From Giardia intestinalis (taxonomy: Eukaryota): 64,000 nucleotides of DNA. The stretch lies in NCBI GenBank assembly GCA_000002435.2, contig CM018793.1; one strand, 5' to 3'. Below are positions 36,001 to 48,000 of this stretch, piece by piece (within the stretch, counting starts at the first letter, position 1; every line of letters begins with the position of its first letter). The notes under the pieces are model-generated. The model searched no databases. It was not told the origin of the DNA and saw only the letters and a program-made list of their open reading frames with translations. A program made the position numbers and the translations under genes.

Positions 36001-39000
36001 NNNNNNNNNNNNNNNNNNNNNNNNNNNNNNNNNNNNNNNNNNNNNNNNNNNNNNNNNNNNNNNNNNNNNNNNNNNNNNNNNNNNNNNNNNNNNNNNNNNN
36101 NNNNNNNNNNNNNNNNNNNNNNNNNNNNNNNNNNNNNNNNNNNNNNNNNNNNNNNNNNNNNNNNNNNNNNNNNNNNNNNNNNNNNNNNNNNNNNNNNNNN
36201 NNNNNNNNNNNNNNNNNNNNNNNNNNNNNNNNNNNNNNNNNNNNNNNNNNNNNNNNNNNNNNNNNNNNNNNNNNNNNNNNNNNNNNNNNNNNNNNNNNNN
36301 NNNNNNNNNNNNNNNNNNNNNNNNNNNNNNNNNNNNNNNNNNNNNNNNNNNNNNNNNNNNNNNNNNNNNNNNNNNNNNNNNNNNNNNNNNNNNNNNNNNN
36401 NNNNNNNNNNNNNNNNNNNNNNNNNNNNNNNNNNNNNNNNNNNNNNNNNNNNNNNNNNNNNNNNNNNNNNNNNNNNNNNNNNNNNNNNNNNNNNNNNNNN
36501 NNNNNNNNNNNNNNNNNNNNNNNNNNNNNNNNNNNNNNNNNNNNNNNNNNNNNNNNNNNNNNNNNNNNNNNNNNNNNNNNNNNNNNNNNNNNNNNNNNNN
36601 NNNNNNNNNNNNNNNNNNNNNNNNNNNNNNNNNNNNNNNNNNNNNNNNNNNNNNNNNNNNNNNNNNNNNNNNNNNNNNNNNNNNNNNNNNNNNNNNNNNN
36701 NNNNNNNNNNNNNNNNNNNNNNNNNNNNNNNNNNNNNNNNNNNNNNNNNNNNNNNNNNNNNNNNNNNNNNNNNNNNNNNNNNNNNNNNNNNNNNNNNNNN
36801 NNNNNNNNNNNNNNNNNNNNNNNNNNNNNNNNNNNNNNNNNNNNNNNNNNNNNNNNNNNNNNNNNNNNNNNNNNNNNNNNNNNNNNNNNNNNNNNNNNNN
36901 NNNNNNNNNNNNNNNNNNNNNNNNNNNNNNNNNNNNNNNNNNNNNNNNNNNNNNNNNNNNNNNNNNNNNNNNNNNNNNNNNNNNNNNNNNNNNNNNNNNN
37001 NNNNNNNNNNNNNNNNNNNNNNNNNNNNNNNNNNNNNNNNNNNNNNNNNNNNNNNNNNNNNNNNNNNNNNNNNNNNNNNNNNNNNNNNNNNNNNNNNNNN
37101 NNNNNNNNNNNNNNNNNNNNNNNNNNNNNNNNNNNNNNNNNNNNNNNNNNNNNNNNNNNNNNNNNNNNNNNNNNNNNNNNNNNNNNNNNNNNNNNNNNNN
37201 NNNNNNNNNNNNNNNNNNNNNNNNNNNNNNNNNNNNNNNNNNNNNNNNNNNNNNNNNNNNNNNNNNNNNNNNNNNNNNNNNNNNNNNNNNNNNNNNNNNN
37301 NNNNNNNNNNNNNNNNNNNNNNNNNNNNNNNNNNNNNNNNNNNNNNNNNNNNNNNNNNNNNNNNNNNNNNNNNNNNNNNNNNNNNNNNNNNNNNNNNNNN
37401 NNNNNNNNNNNNNNNNNNNNNNNNNNNNNNNNNNNNNNNNNNNNNNNNNNNNNNNNNNNNNNNNNNNNNNNNNNNNNNNNNNNNNNNNNNNNNNNNNNNN
37501 NNNNNNNNNNNNNNNNNNNNNNNNNNNNNNNNNNNNNNNNNNNNNNNNNNNNNNNNNNNNNNNNNNNNNNNNNNNNNNNNNNNNNNNNNNNNNNNNNNNN
37601 NNNNNNNNNNNNNNNNNNNNNNNNNNNNNNNNNNNNNNNNNNNNNNNNNNNNNNNNNNNNNNNNNNNNNNNNNNNNNNNNNNNNNNNNNNNNNNNNNNNN
37701 NNNNNNNNNNNNNNNNNNNNNNNNNNNNNNNNNNNNNNNNNNNNNNNNNNNNNNNNNNNNNNNNNNNNNNNNNNNNNNNNNNNNNNNNNNNNNNNNNNNN
37801 NNNNNNNNNNNNNNNNNNNNNNNNNNNNNNNNNNNNNNNNNNNNNNNNNNNNNNNNNNNNNNNNNNNNNNNNNNNNNNNNNNNNNNNNNNNNNNNNNNNN
37901 NNNNNNNNNNNNNNNNNNNNNNNNNNNNNNNNNNNNNNNNNNNNNNNNNNNNNNNNNNNNNNNNNNNNNNNNNNNNNNNNNNNNNNNNNNNNNNNNNNNN
38001 NNNNNNNNNNNNNNNNNNNNNNNNNNNNNNNNNNNNNNNNNNNNNNNNNNNNNNNNNNNNNNNNNNNNNNNNNNNNNNNNNNNNNNNNNNNNNNNNNNNN
38101 NNNNNNNNNNNNNNNNNNNNNNNNNNNNNNNNNNNNNNNNNNNNNNNNNNNNNNNNNNNNNNNNNNNNNNNNNNNNNNNNNNNNNNNNNNNNNNNNNNNN
38201 NNNNNNNNNNNNNNNNNNNNNNNNNNNNNNNNNNNNNNNNNNNNNNNNNNNNNNNNNNNNNNNNNNNNNNNNNNNNNNNNNNNNNNNNNNNNNNNNNNNN
38301 NNNNNNNNNNNNNNNNNNNNNNNNNNNNNNNNNNNNNNNNNNNNNNNNNNNNNNNNNNNNNNNNNNNNNNNNNNNNNNNNNNNNNNNNNNNNNNNNNNNN
38401 NNNNNNNNNNNNNNNNNNNNNNNNNNNNNNNNNNNNNNNNNNNNNNNNNNNNNNNNNNNNNNNNNNNNNNNNNNNNNNNNNNNNNNNNNNNNNNNNNNNN
38501 NNNNNNNNNNNNNNNNNNNNNNNNNNNNNNNNNNNNNNNNNNNNNNNNNNNNNNNNNNNNNNNNNNNNNNNNNNNNNNNNNNNNNNNNNNNNNNNNNNNN
38601 NNNNNNNNNNNNNNNNNNNNNNNNNNNNNNNNNNNNNNNNNNNNNNNNNNNNNNNNNNNNNNNNNNNNNNNNNNNNNNNNNNNNNNNNNNNNNNNNNNNN
38701 NNNNNNNNNNNNNNNNNNNNNNNNNNNNNNNNNNNNNNNNNNNNNNNNNNNNNNNNNNNNNNNNNNNNNNNNNNNNNNNNNNNNNNNNNNNNNNNNNNNN
38801 NNNNNNNNNNNNNNNNNNNNNNNNNNNNNNNNNNNNNNNNNNNNNNNNNNNNNNNNNNNNNNNNNNNNNNNNNNNNNNNNNNNNNNNNNNNNNNNNNNNN
38901 NNNNNNNNNNNNNNNNNNNNNNNNNNNNNNNNNNNNNNNNNNNNNNNNNNNNNNNNNNNNNNNNNNNNNNNNNNNNNNNNNNNNNNNNNNNNNNNNNNNN

Positions 39001-42000
39001 NNNNNNNNNNNNNNNNNNNNNNNNNNNNNNNNNNNNNNNNNNNNNNNNNNNNNNNNNNNNNNNNNNNNNNNNNNNNNNNNNNNNNNNNNNNNNNNNNNNN
39101 NNNNNNNNNNNNNNNNNNNNNNNNNNNNNNNNNNNNNNNNNNNNNNNNNNNNNNNNNNNNNNNNNNNNNNNNNNNNNNNNNNNNNNNNNNNNNNNNNNNN
39201 NNNNNNNNNNNNNNNNNNNNNNNNNNNNNNNNNNNNNNNNNNNNNNNNNNNNNNNNNNNNNNNNNNNNNNNNNNNNNNNNNNNNNNNNNNNNNNNNNNNN
39301 NNNNNNNNNNNNNNNNNNNNNNNNNNNNNNNNNNNNNNNNNNNNNNNNNNNNNNNNNNNNNNNNNNNNNNNNNNNNNNNNNNNNNNNNNNNNNNNNNNNN
39401 NNNNNNNNNNNNNNNNNNNNNNNNNNNNNNNNNNNNNNNNNNNNNNNNNNNNNNNNNNNNNNNNNNNNNNNNNNNNNNNNNNNNNNNNNNNNNNNNNNNN
39501 NNNNNNNNNNNNNNNNNNNNNNNNNNNNNNNNNNNNNNNNNNNNNNNNNNNNNNNNNNNNNNNNNNNNNNNNNNNNNNNNNNNNNNNNNNNNNNNNNNNN
39601 NNNNNNNNNNNNNNNNNNNNNNNNNNNNNNNNNNNNNNNNNNNNNNNNNNNNNNNNNNNNNNNNNNNNNNNNNNNNNNNNNNNNNNNNNNNNNNNNNNNN
39701 NNNNNNNNNNNNNNNNNNNNNNNNNNNNNNNNNNNNNNNNNNNNNNNNNNNNNNNNNNNNNNNNNNNNNNNNNNNNNNNNNNNNNNNNNNNNNNNNNNNN
39801 NNNNNNNNNNNNNNNNNNNNNNNNNNNNNNNNNNNNNNNNNNNNNNNNNNNNNNNNNNNNNNNNNNNNNNNNNNNNNNNNNNNNNNNNNNNNNNNNNNNN
39901 NNNNNNNNNNNNNNNNNNNNNNNNNNNNNNNNNNNNNNNNNNNNNNNNNNNNNNNNNNNNNNNNNNNNNNNNNNNNNNNNNNNNNNNNNNNNNNNNNNNN
40001 NNNNNNNNNNNNNNNNNNNNNNNNNNNNNNNNNNNNNNNNNNNNNNNNNNNNNNNNNNNNNNNNNNNNNNNNNNNNNNNNNNNNNNNNNNNNNNNNNNNN
40101 NNNNNNNNNNNNNNNNNNNNNNNNNNNNNNNNNNNNNNNNNNNNNNNNNNNNNNNNNNNNNNNNNNNNNNNNNNNNNNNNNNNNNNNNNNNNNNNNNNNN
40201 NNNNNNNNNNNNNNNNNNNNNNNNNNNNNNNNNNNNNNNNNNNNNNNNNNNNNNNNNNNNNNNNNNNNNNNNNNNNNNNNNNNNNNNNNNNNNNNNNNNN
40301 NNNNNNNNNNNNNNNNNNNNNNNNNNNNNNNNNNNNNNNNNNNNNNNNNNNNNNNNNNNNNNNNNNNNNNNNNNNNNNNNNNNNNNNNNNNNNNNNNNNN
40401 NNNNNNNNNNNNNNNNNNNNNNNNNNNNNNNNNNNNNNNNNNNNNNNNNNNNNNNNNNNNNNNNNNNNNNNNNNNNNNNNNNNNNNNNNNNNNNNNNNNN
40501 NNNNNNNNNNNNNNNNNNNNNNNNNNNNNNNNNNNNNNNNNNNNNNNNNNNNNNNNNNNNNNNNNNNNNNNNNNNNNNNNNNNNNNNNNNNNNNNNNNNN
40601 NNNNNNNNNNNNNNNNNNNNNNNNNNNNNNNNNNNNNNNNNNNNNNNNNNNNNNNNNNNNNNNNNNNNNNNNNNNNNNNNNNNNNNNNNNNNNNNNNNNN
40701 NNNNNNNNNNNNNNNNNNNNNNNNNNNNNNNNNNNNNNNNNNNNNNNNNNNNNNNNNNNNNNNNNNNNNNNNNNNNNNNNNNNNNNNNNNNNNNNNNNNN
40801 NNNNNNNNNNNNNNNNNNNNNNNNNNNNNNNNNNNNNNNNNNNNNNNNNNNNNNNNNNNNNNNNNNNNNNNNNNNNNNNNNNNNNNNNNNNNNNNNNNNN
40901 NNNNNNNNNNNNNNNNNNNNNNNNNNNNNNNNNNNNNNNNNNNNNNNNNNNNNNNNNNNNNNNNNNNNNNNNNNNNNNNNNNNNNNNNNNNNNNNNNNNN
41001 NNNNNNNNNNNNNNNNNNNNNNNNNNNNNNNNNNNNNNNNNNNNNNNNNNNNNNNNNNNNNNNNNNNNNNNNNNNNNNNNNNNNNNNNNNNNNNNNNNNN
41101 NNNNNNNNNNNNNNNNNNNNNNNNNNNNNNNNNNNNNNNNNNNNNNNNNNNNNNNNNNNNNNNNNNNNNNNNNNNNNNNNNNNNNNNNNNNNNNNNNNNN
41201 NNNNNNNNNNNNNNNNNNNNNNNNNNNNNNNNNNNNNNNNNNNNNNNNNNNNNNNNNNNNNNNNNNNNNNNNNNNNNNNNNNNNNNNNNNNNNNNNNNNN
41301 NNNNNNNNNNNNNNNNNNNNNNNNNNNNNNNNNNNNNNNNNNNNNNNNNNNNNNNNNNNNNNNNNNNNNNNNNNNNNNNNNNNNNNNNNNNNNNNNNNNN
41401 NNNNNNNNNNNNNNNNNNNNNNNNNNNNNNNNNNNNNNNNNNNNNNNNNNNNNNNNNNNNNNNNNNNNNNNNNNNNNNNNNNNNNNNNNNNNNNNNNNNN
41501 NNNNNNNNNNNNNNNNNNNNNNNNNNNNNNNNNNNNNNNNNNNNNNNNNNNNNNNNNNNNNNNNNNNNNNNNNNNNNNNNNNNNNNNNNNNNNNNNNNNN
41601 NNNNNNNNNNNNNNNNNNNNNNNNNNNNNNNNNNNNNNNNNNNNNNNNNNNNNNNNNNNNNNNNNNNNNNNNNNNNNNNNNNNNNNNNNNNNNNNNNNNN
41701 NNNNNNNNNNNNNNNNNNNNNNNNNNNNNNNNNNNNNNNNNNNNNNNNNNNNNNNNNNNNNNNNNNNNNNNNNNNNNNNNNNNNNNNNNNNNNNNNNNNN
41801 NNNNNNNNNNNNNNNNNNNNNNNNNNNNNNNNNNNNNNNNNNNNNNNNNNNNNNNNNNNNNNNNNNNNNNNNNNNNNNNNNNNNNNNNNNNNNNNNNNNN
41901 NNNNNNNNNNNNNNNNNNNNNNNNNNNNNNNNNNNNNNNNNNNNNNNNNNNNNNNNNNNNNNNNNNNNNNNNNNNNNNNNNNNNNNNNNNNNNNNNNNNN

Positions 42001-45000
42001 NNNNNNNNNNNNNNNNNNNNNNNNNNNNNNNNNNNNNNNNNNNNNNNNNNNNNNNNNNNNNNNNNNNNNNNNNNNNNNNNNNNNNNNNNNNNNNNNNNNN
42101 NNNNNNNNNNNNNNNNNNNNNNNNNNNNNNNNNNNNNNNNNNNNNNNNNNNNNNNNNNNNNNNNNNNNNNNNNNNNNNNNNNNNNNNNNNNNNNNNNNNN
42201 NNNNNNNNNNNNNNNNNNNNNNNNNNNNNNNNNNNNNNNNNNNNNNNNNNNNNNNNNNNNNNNNNNNNNNNNNNNNNNNNNNNNNNNNNNNNNNNNNNNN
42301 NNNNNNNNNNNNNNNNNNNNNNNNNNNNNNNNNNNNNNNNNNNNNNNNNNNNNNNNNNNNNNNNNNNNNNNNNNNNNNNNNNNNNNNNNNNNNNNNNNNN
42401 NNNNNNNNNNNNNNNNNNNNNNNNNNNNNNNNNNNNNNNNNNNNNNNNNNNNNNNNNNNNNNNNNNNNNNNNNNNNNNNNNNNNNNNNNNNNNNNNNNNN
42501 NNNNNNNNNNNNNNNNNNNNNNNNNNNNNNNNNNNNNNNNNNNNNNNNNNNNNNNNNNNNNNNNNNNNNNNNNNNNNNNNNNNNNNNNNNNNNNNNNNNN
42601 NNNNNNNNNNNNNNNNNNNNNNNNNNNNNNNNNNNNNNNNNNNNNNNNNNNNNNNNNNNNNNNNNNNNNNNNNNNNNNNNNNNNNNNNNNNNNNNNNNNN
42701 NNNNNNNNNNNNNNNNNNNNNNNNNNNNNNNNNNNNNNNNNNNNNNNNNNNNNNNNNNNNNNNNNNNNNNNNNNNNNNNNNNNNNNNNNNNNNNNNNNNN
42801 NNNNNNNNNNNNNNNNNNNNNNNNNNNNNNNNNNNNNNNNNNNNNNNNNNNNNNNNNNNNNNNNNNNNNNNNNNNNNNNNNNNNNNNNNNNNNNNNNNNN
42901 NNNNNNNNNNNNNNNNNNNNNNNNNNNNNNNNNNNNNNNNNNNNNNNNNNNNNNNNNNNNNNNNNNNNNNNNNNNNNNNNNNNNNNNNNNNNNNNNNNNN
43001 NNNNNNNNNNNNNNNNNNNNNNNNNNNNNNNNNNNNNNNNNNNNNNNNNNNNNNNNNNNNNNNNNNNNNNNNNNNNNNNNNNNNNNNNNNNNNNNNNNNN
43101 NNNNNNNNNNNNNNNNNNNNNNNNNNNNNNNNNNNNNNNNNNNNNNNNNNNNNNNNNNNNNNNNNNNNNNNNNNNNNNNNNNNNNNNNNNNNNNNNNNNN
43201 NNNNNNNNNNNNNNNNNNNNNNNNNNNNNNNNNNNNNNNNNNNNNNNNNNNNNNNNNNNNNNNNNNNNNNNNNNNNNNNNNNNNNNNNNNNNNNNNNNNN
43301 NNNNNNNNNNNNNNNNNNNNNNNNNNNNNNNNNNNNNNNNNNNNNNNNNNNNNNNNNNNNNNNNNNNNNNNNNNNNNNNNNNNNNNNNNNNNNNNNNNNN
43401 NNNNNNNNNNNNNNNNNNNNNNNNNNNNNNNNNNNNNNNNNNNNNNNNNNNNNNNNNNNNNNNNNNNNNNNNNNNNNNNNNNNNNNNNNNNNNNNNNNNN
43501 NNNNNNNNNNNNNNNNNNNNNNNNNNNNNNNNNNNNNNNNNNNNNNNNNNNNNNNNNNNNNNNNNNNNNNNNNNNNNNNNNNNNNNNNNNNNNNNNNNNN
43601 NNNNNNNNNNNNNNNNNNNNNNNNNNNNNNNNNNNNNNNNNNNNNNNNNNNNNNNNNNNNNNNNNNNNNNNNNNNNNNNNNNNNNNNNNNNNNNNNNNNN
43701 NNNNNNNNNNNNNNNNNNNNNNNNNNNNNNNNNNNNNNNNNNNNNNNNNNNNNNNNNNNNNNNNNNNNNNNNNNNNNNNNNNNNNNNNNNNNNNNNNNNN
43801 NNNNNNNNNNNNNNNNNNNNNNNNNNNNNNNNNNNNNNNNNNNNNNNNNNNNNNNNNNNNNNNNNNNNNNNNNNNNNNNNNNNNNNNNNNNNNNNNNNNN
43901 NNNNNNNNNNNNNNNNNNNNNNNNNNNNNNNNNNNNNNNNNNNNNNNNNNNNNNNNNNNNNNNNNNNNNNNNNNNNNNNNNNNNNNNNNNNNNNNNNNNN
44001 NNNNNNNNNNNNNNNNNNNNNNNNNNNNNNNNNNNNNNNNNNNNNNNNNNNNNNNNNNNNNNNNNNNNNNNNNNNNNNNNNNNNNNNNNNNNNNNNNNNN
44101 NNNNNNNNNNNNNNNNNNNNNNNNNNNNNNNNNNNNNNNNNNNNNNNNNNNNNNNNNNNNNNNNNNNNNNNNNNNNNNNNNNNNNNNNNNNNNNNNNNNN
44201 NNNNNNNNNNNNNNNNNNNNNNNNNNNNNNNNNNNNNNNNNNNNNNNNNNNNNNNNNNNNNNNNNNNNNNNNNNNNNNNNNNNNNNNNNNNNNNNNNNNN
44301 NNNNNNNNNNNNNNNNNNNNNNNNNNNNNNNNNNNNNNNNNNNNNNNNNNNNNNNNNNNNNNNNNNNNNNNNNNNNNNNNNNNNNNNNNNNNNNNNNNNN
44401 NNNNNNNNNNNNNNNNNNNNNNNNNNNNNNNNNNNNNNNNNNNNNNNNNNNNNNNNNNNNNNNNNNNNNNNNNNNNNNNNNNNNNNNNNNNNNNNNNNNN
44501 NNNNNNNNNNNNNNNNNNNNNNNNNNNNNNNNNNNNNNNNNNNNNNNNNNNNNNNNNNNNNNNNNNNNNNNNNNNNNNNNNNNNNNNNNNNNNNNNNNNN
44601 NNNNNNNNNNNNNNNNNNNNNNNNNNNNNNNNNNNNNNNNNNNNNNNNNNNNNNNNNNNNNNNNNNNNNNNNNNNNNNNNNNNNNNNNNNNNNNNNNNNN
44701 NNNNNNNNNNNNNNNNNNNNNNNNNNNNNNNNNNNNNNNNNNNNNNNNNNNNNNNNNNNNNNNNNNNNNNNNNNNNNNNNNNNNNNNNNNNNNNNNNNNN
44801 NNNNNNNNNNNNNNNNNNNNNNNNNNNNNNNNNNNNNNNNNNNNNNNNNNNNNNNNNNNNNNNNNNNNNNNNNNNNNNNNNNNNNNNNNNNNNNNNNNNN
44901 NNNNNNNNNNNNNNNNNNNNNNNNNNNNNNNNNNNNNNNNNNNNNNNNNNNNNNNNNNNNNNNNNNNNNNNNNNNNNNNNNNNNNNNNNNNNNNNNNNNN

Positions 45001-48000
45001 NNNNNNNNNNNNNNNNNNNNNNNNNNNNNNNNNNNNNNNNNNNNNNNNNNNNNNNNNNNNNNNNNNNNNNNNNNNNNNNNNNNNNNNNNNNNNNNNNNNN
45101 NNNNNNNNNNNNNNNNNNNNNNNNNNNNNNNNNNNNNNNNNNNNNNNNNNNNNNNNNNNNNNNNNNNNNNNNNNNNNNNNNNNNNNNNNNNNNNNNNNNN
45201 NNNNNNNNNNNNNNNNNNNNNNNNNNNNNNNNNNNNNNNNNNNNNNNNNNNNNNNNNNNNNNNNNNNNNNNNNNNNNNNNNNNNNNNNNNNNNNNNNNNN
45301 NNNNNNNNNNNNNNNNNNNNNNNNNNNNNNNNNNNNNNNNNNNNNNNNNNNNNNNNNNNNNNNNNNNNNNNNNNNNNNNNNNNNNNNNNNNNNNNNNNNN
45401 NNNNNNNNNNNNNNNNNNNNNNNNNNNNNNNNNNNNNNNNNNNNNNNNNNNNNNNNNNNNNNNNNNNNNNNNNNNNNNNNNNNNNNNNNNNNNNNNNNNN
45501 NNNNNNNNNNNNNNNNNNNNNNNNNNNNNNNNNNNNNNNNNNNNNNNNNNNNNNNNNNNNNNNNNNNNNNNNNNNNNNNNNNNNNNNNNNNNNNNNNNNN
45601 NNNNNNNNNNNNNNNNNNNNNNNNNNNNNNNNNNNNNNNNNNNNNNNNNNNNNNNNNNNNNNNNNNNNNNNNNNNNNNNNNNNNNNNNNNNNNNNNNNNN
45701 NNNNNNNNNNNNNNNNNNNNNNNNNNNNNNNNNNNNNNNNNNNNNNNNNNNNNNNNNNNNNNNNNNNNNNNNNNNNNNNNNNNNNNNNNNNNNNNNNNNN
45801 NNNNNNNNNNNNNNNNNNNNNNNNNNNNNNNNNNNNNNNNNNNNNNNNNNNNNNNNNNNNNNNNNNNNNNNNNNNNNNNNNNNNNNNNNNNNNNNNNNNN
45901 NNNNNNNNNNNNNNNNNNNNNNNNNNNNNNNNNNNNNNNNNNNNNNNNNNNNNNNNNNNNNNNNNNNNNNNNNNNNNNNNNNNNNNNNNNNNNNNNNNNN
46001 NNNNNNNNNNNNNNNNNNNNNNNNNNNNNNNNNNNNNNNNNNNNNNNNNNNNNNNNNNNNNNNNNNNNNNNNNNNNNNNNNNNNNNNNNNNNNNNNNNNN
46101 NNNNNNNNNNNNNNNNNNNNNNNNNNNNNNNNNNNNNNNNNNNNNNNNNNNNNNNNNNNNNNNNNNNNNNNNNNNNNNNNNNNNNNNNNNNNNNNNNNNN
46201 NNNNNNNNNNNNNNNNNNNNNNNNNNNNNNNNNNNNNNNNNNNNNNNNNNNNNNNNNNNNNNNNNNNNNNNNNNNNNNNNNNNNNNNNNNNNNNNNNNNN
46301 NNNNNNNNNNNNNNNNNNNNNNNNNNNNNNNNNNNNNNNNNNNNNNNNNNNNNNNNNNNNNNNNNNNNNNNNNNNNNNNNNNNNNNNNNNNNNNNNNNNN
46401 NNNNNNNNNNNNNNNNNNNNNNNNNNNNNNNNNNNNNNNNNNNNNNNNNNNNNNNNNNNNNNNNNNNNNNNNNNNNNNNNNNNNNNNNNNNNNNNNNNNN
46501 NNNNNNNNNNNNNNNNNNNNNNNNNNNNNNNNNNNNNNNNNNNNNNNNNNNNNNNNNNNNNNNNNNNNNNNNNNNNNNNNNNNNNNNNNNNNNNNNNNNN
46601 NNNNNNNNNNNNNNNNNNNNNNNNNNNNNNNNNNNNNNNNNNNNNNNNNNNNNNNNNNNNNNNNNNNNNNNNNNNNNNNNNNNNNNNNNNNNNNNNNNNN
46701 NNNNNNNNNNNNNNNNNNNNNNNNNNNNNNNNNNNNNNNNNNNNNNNNNNNNNNNNNNNNNNNNNNNNNNNNNNNNNNNNNNNNNNNNNNNNNNNNNNNN
46801 NNNNNNNNNNNNNNNNNNNNNNNNNNNNNNNNNNNNNNNNNNNNNNNNNNNNNNNNNNNNNNNNNNNNNNNNNNNNNNNNNNNNNNNNNNNNNNNNNNNN
46901 NNNNNNNNNNNNNNNNNNNNNNNNNNNNNNNNNNNNNNNNNNNNNNNNNNNNNNNNNNNNNNNNNNNNNNNNNNNNNNNNNNNNNNNNNNNNNNNNNNNN
47001 NNNNNNNNNNNNNNNNNNNNNNNNNNNNNNNNNNNNNNNNNNNNNNNNNNNNNNNNNNNNNNNNNNNNNNNNNNNNNNNNNNNNNNNNNNNNNNNNNNNN
47101 NNNNNNNNNNNNNNNNNNNNNNNNNNNNNNNNNNNNNNNNNNNNNNNNNNNNNNNNNNNNNNNNNNNNNNNNNNNNNNNNNNNNNNNNNNNNNNNNNNNN
47201 NNNNNNNNNNNNNNNNNNNNNNNNNNNNNNNNNNNNNNNNNNNNNNNNNNNNNNNNNNNNNNNNNNNNNNNNNNNNNNNNNNNNNNNNNNNNNNNNNNNN
47301 NNNNNNNNNNNNNNNNNNNNNNNNNNNNNNNNNNNNNNNNNNNNNNNNNNNNNNNNNNNNNNNNNNNNNNNNNNNNNNNNNNNNNNNNNNNNNNNNNNNN
47401 NNNNNNNNNNNNNNNNNNNNNNNNNNNNNNNNNNNNNNNNNNNNNNNNNNNNNNNNNNNNNNNNNNNNNNNNNNNNNNNNNNNNNNNNNNNNNNNNNNNN
47501 NNNNNNNNNNNNNNNNNNNNNNNNNNNNNNNNNNNNNNNNNNNNNNNNNNNNNNNNNNNNNNNNNNNNNNNNNNNNNNNNNNNNNNNNNNNNNNNNNNNN
47601 NNNNNNNNNNNNNNNNNNNNNNNNNNNNNNNNNNNNNNNNNNNNNNNNNNNNNNNNNNNNNNNNNNNNNNNNNNNNNNNNNNNNNNNNNNNNNNNNNNNN
47701 NNNNNNNNNNNNNNNNNNNNNNNNNNNNNNNNNNNNNNNNNNNNNNNNNNNNNNNNNNNNNNNNNNNNNNNNNNNNNNNNNNNNNNNNNNNNNNNNNNNN
47801 NNNNNNNNNNNNNNNNNNNNNNNNNNNNNNNNNNNNNNNNNNNNNNNNNNNNNNNNNNNNNNNNNNNNNNNNNNNNNNNNNNNNNNNNNNNNNNNNNNNN
47901 NNNNNNNNNNNNNNNNNNNNNNNNNNNNNNNNNNNNNNNNNNNNNNNNNNNNNNNNNNNNNNNNNNNNNNNNNNNNNNNNNNNNNNNNNNNNNNNNNNNN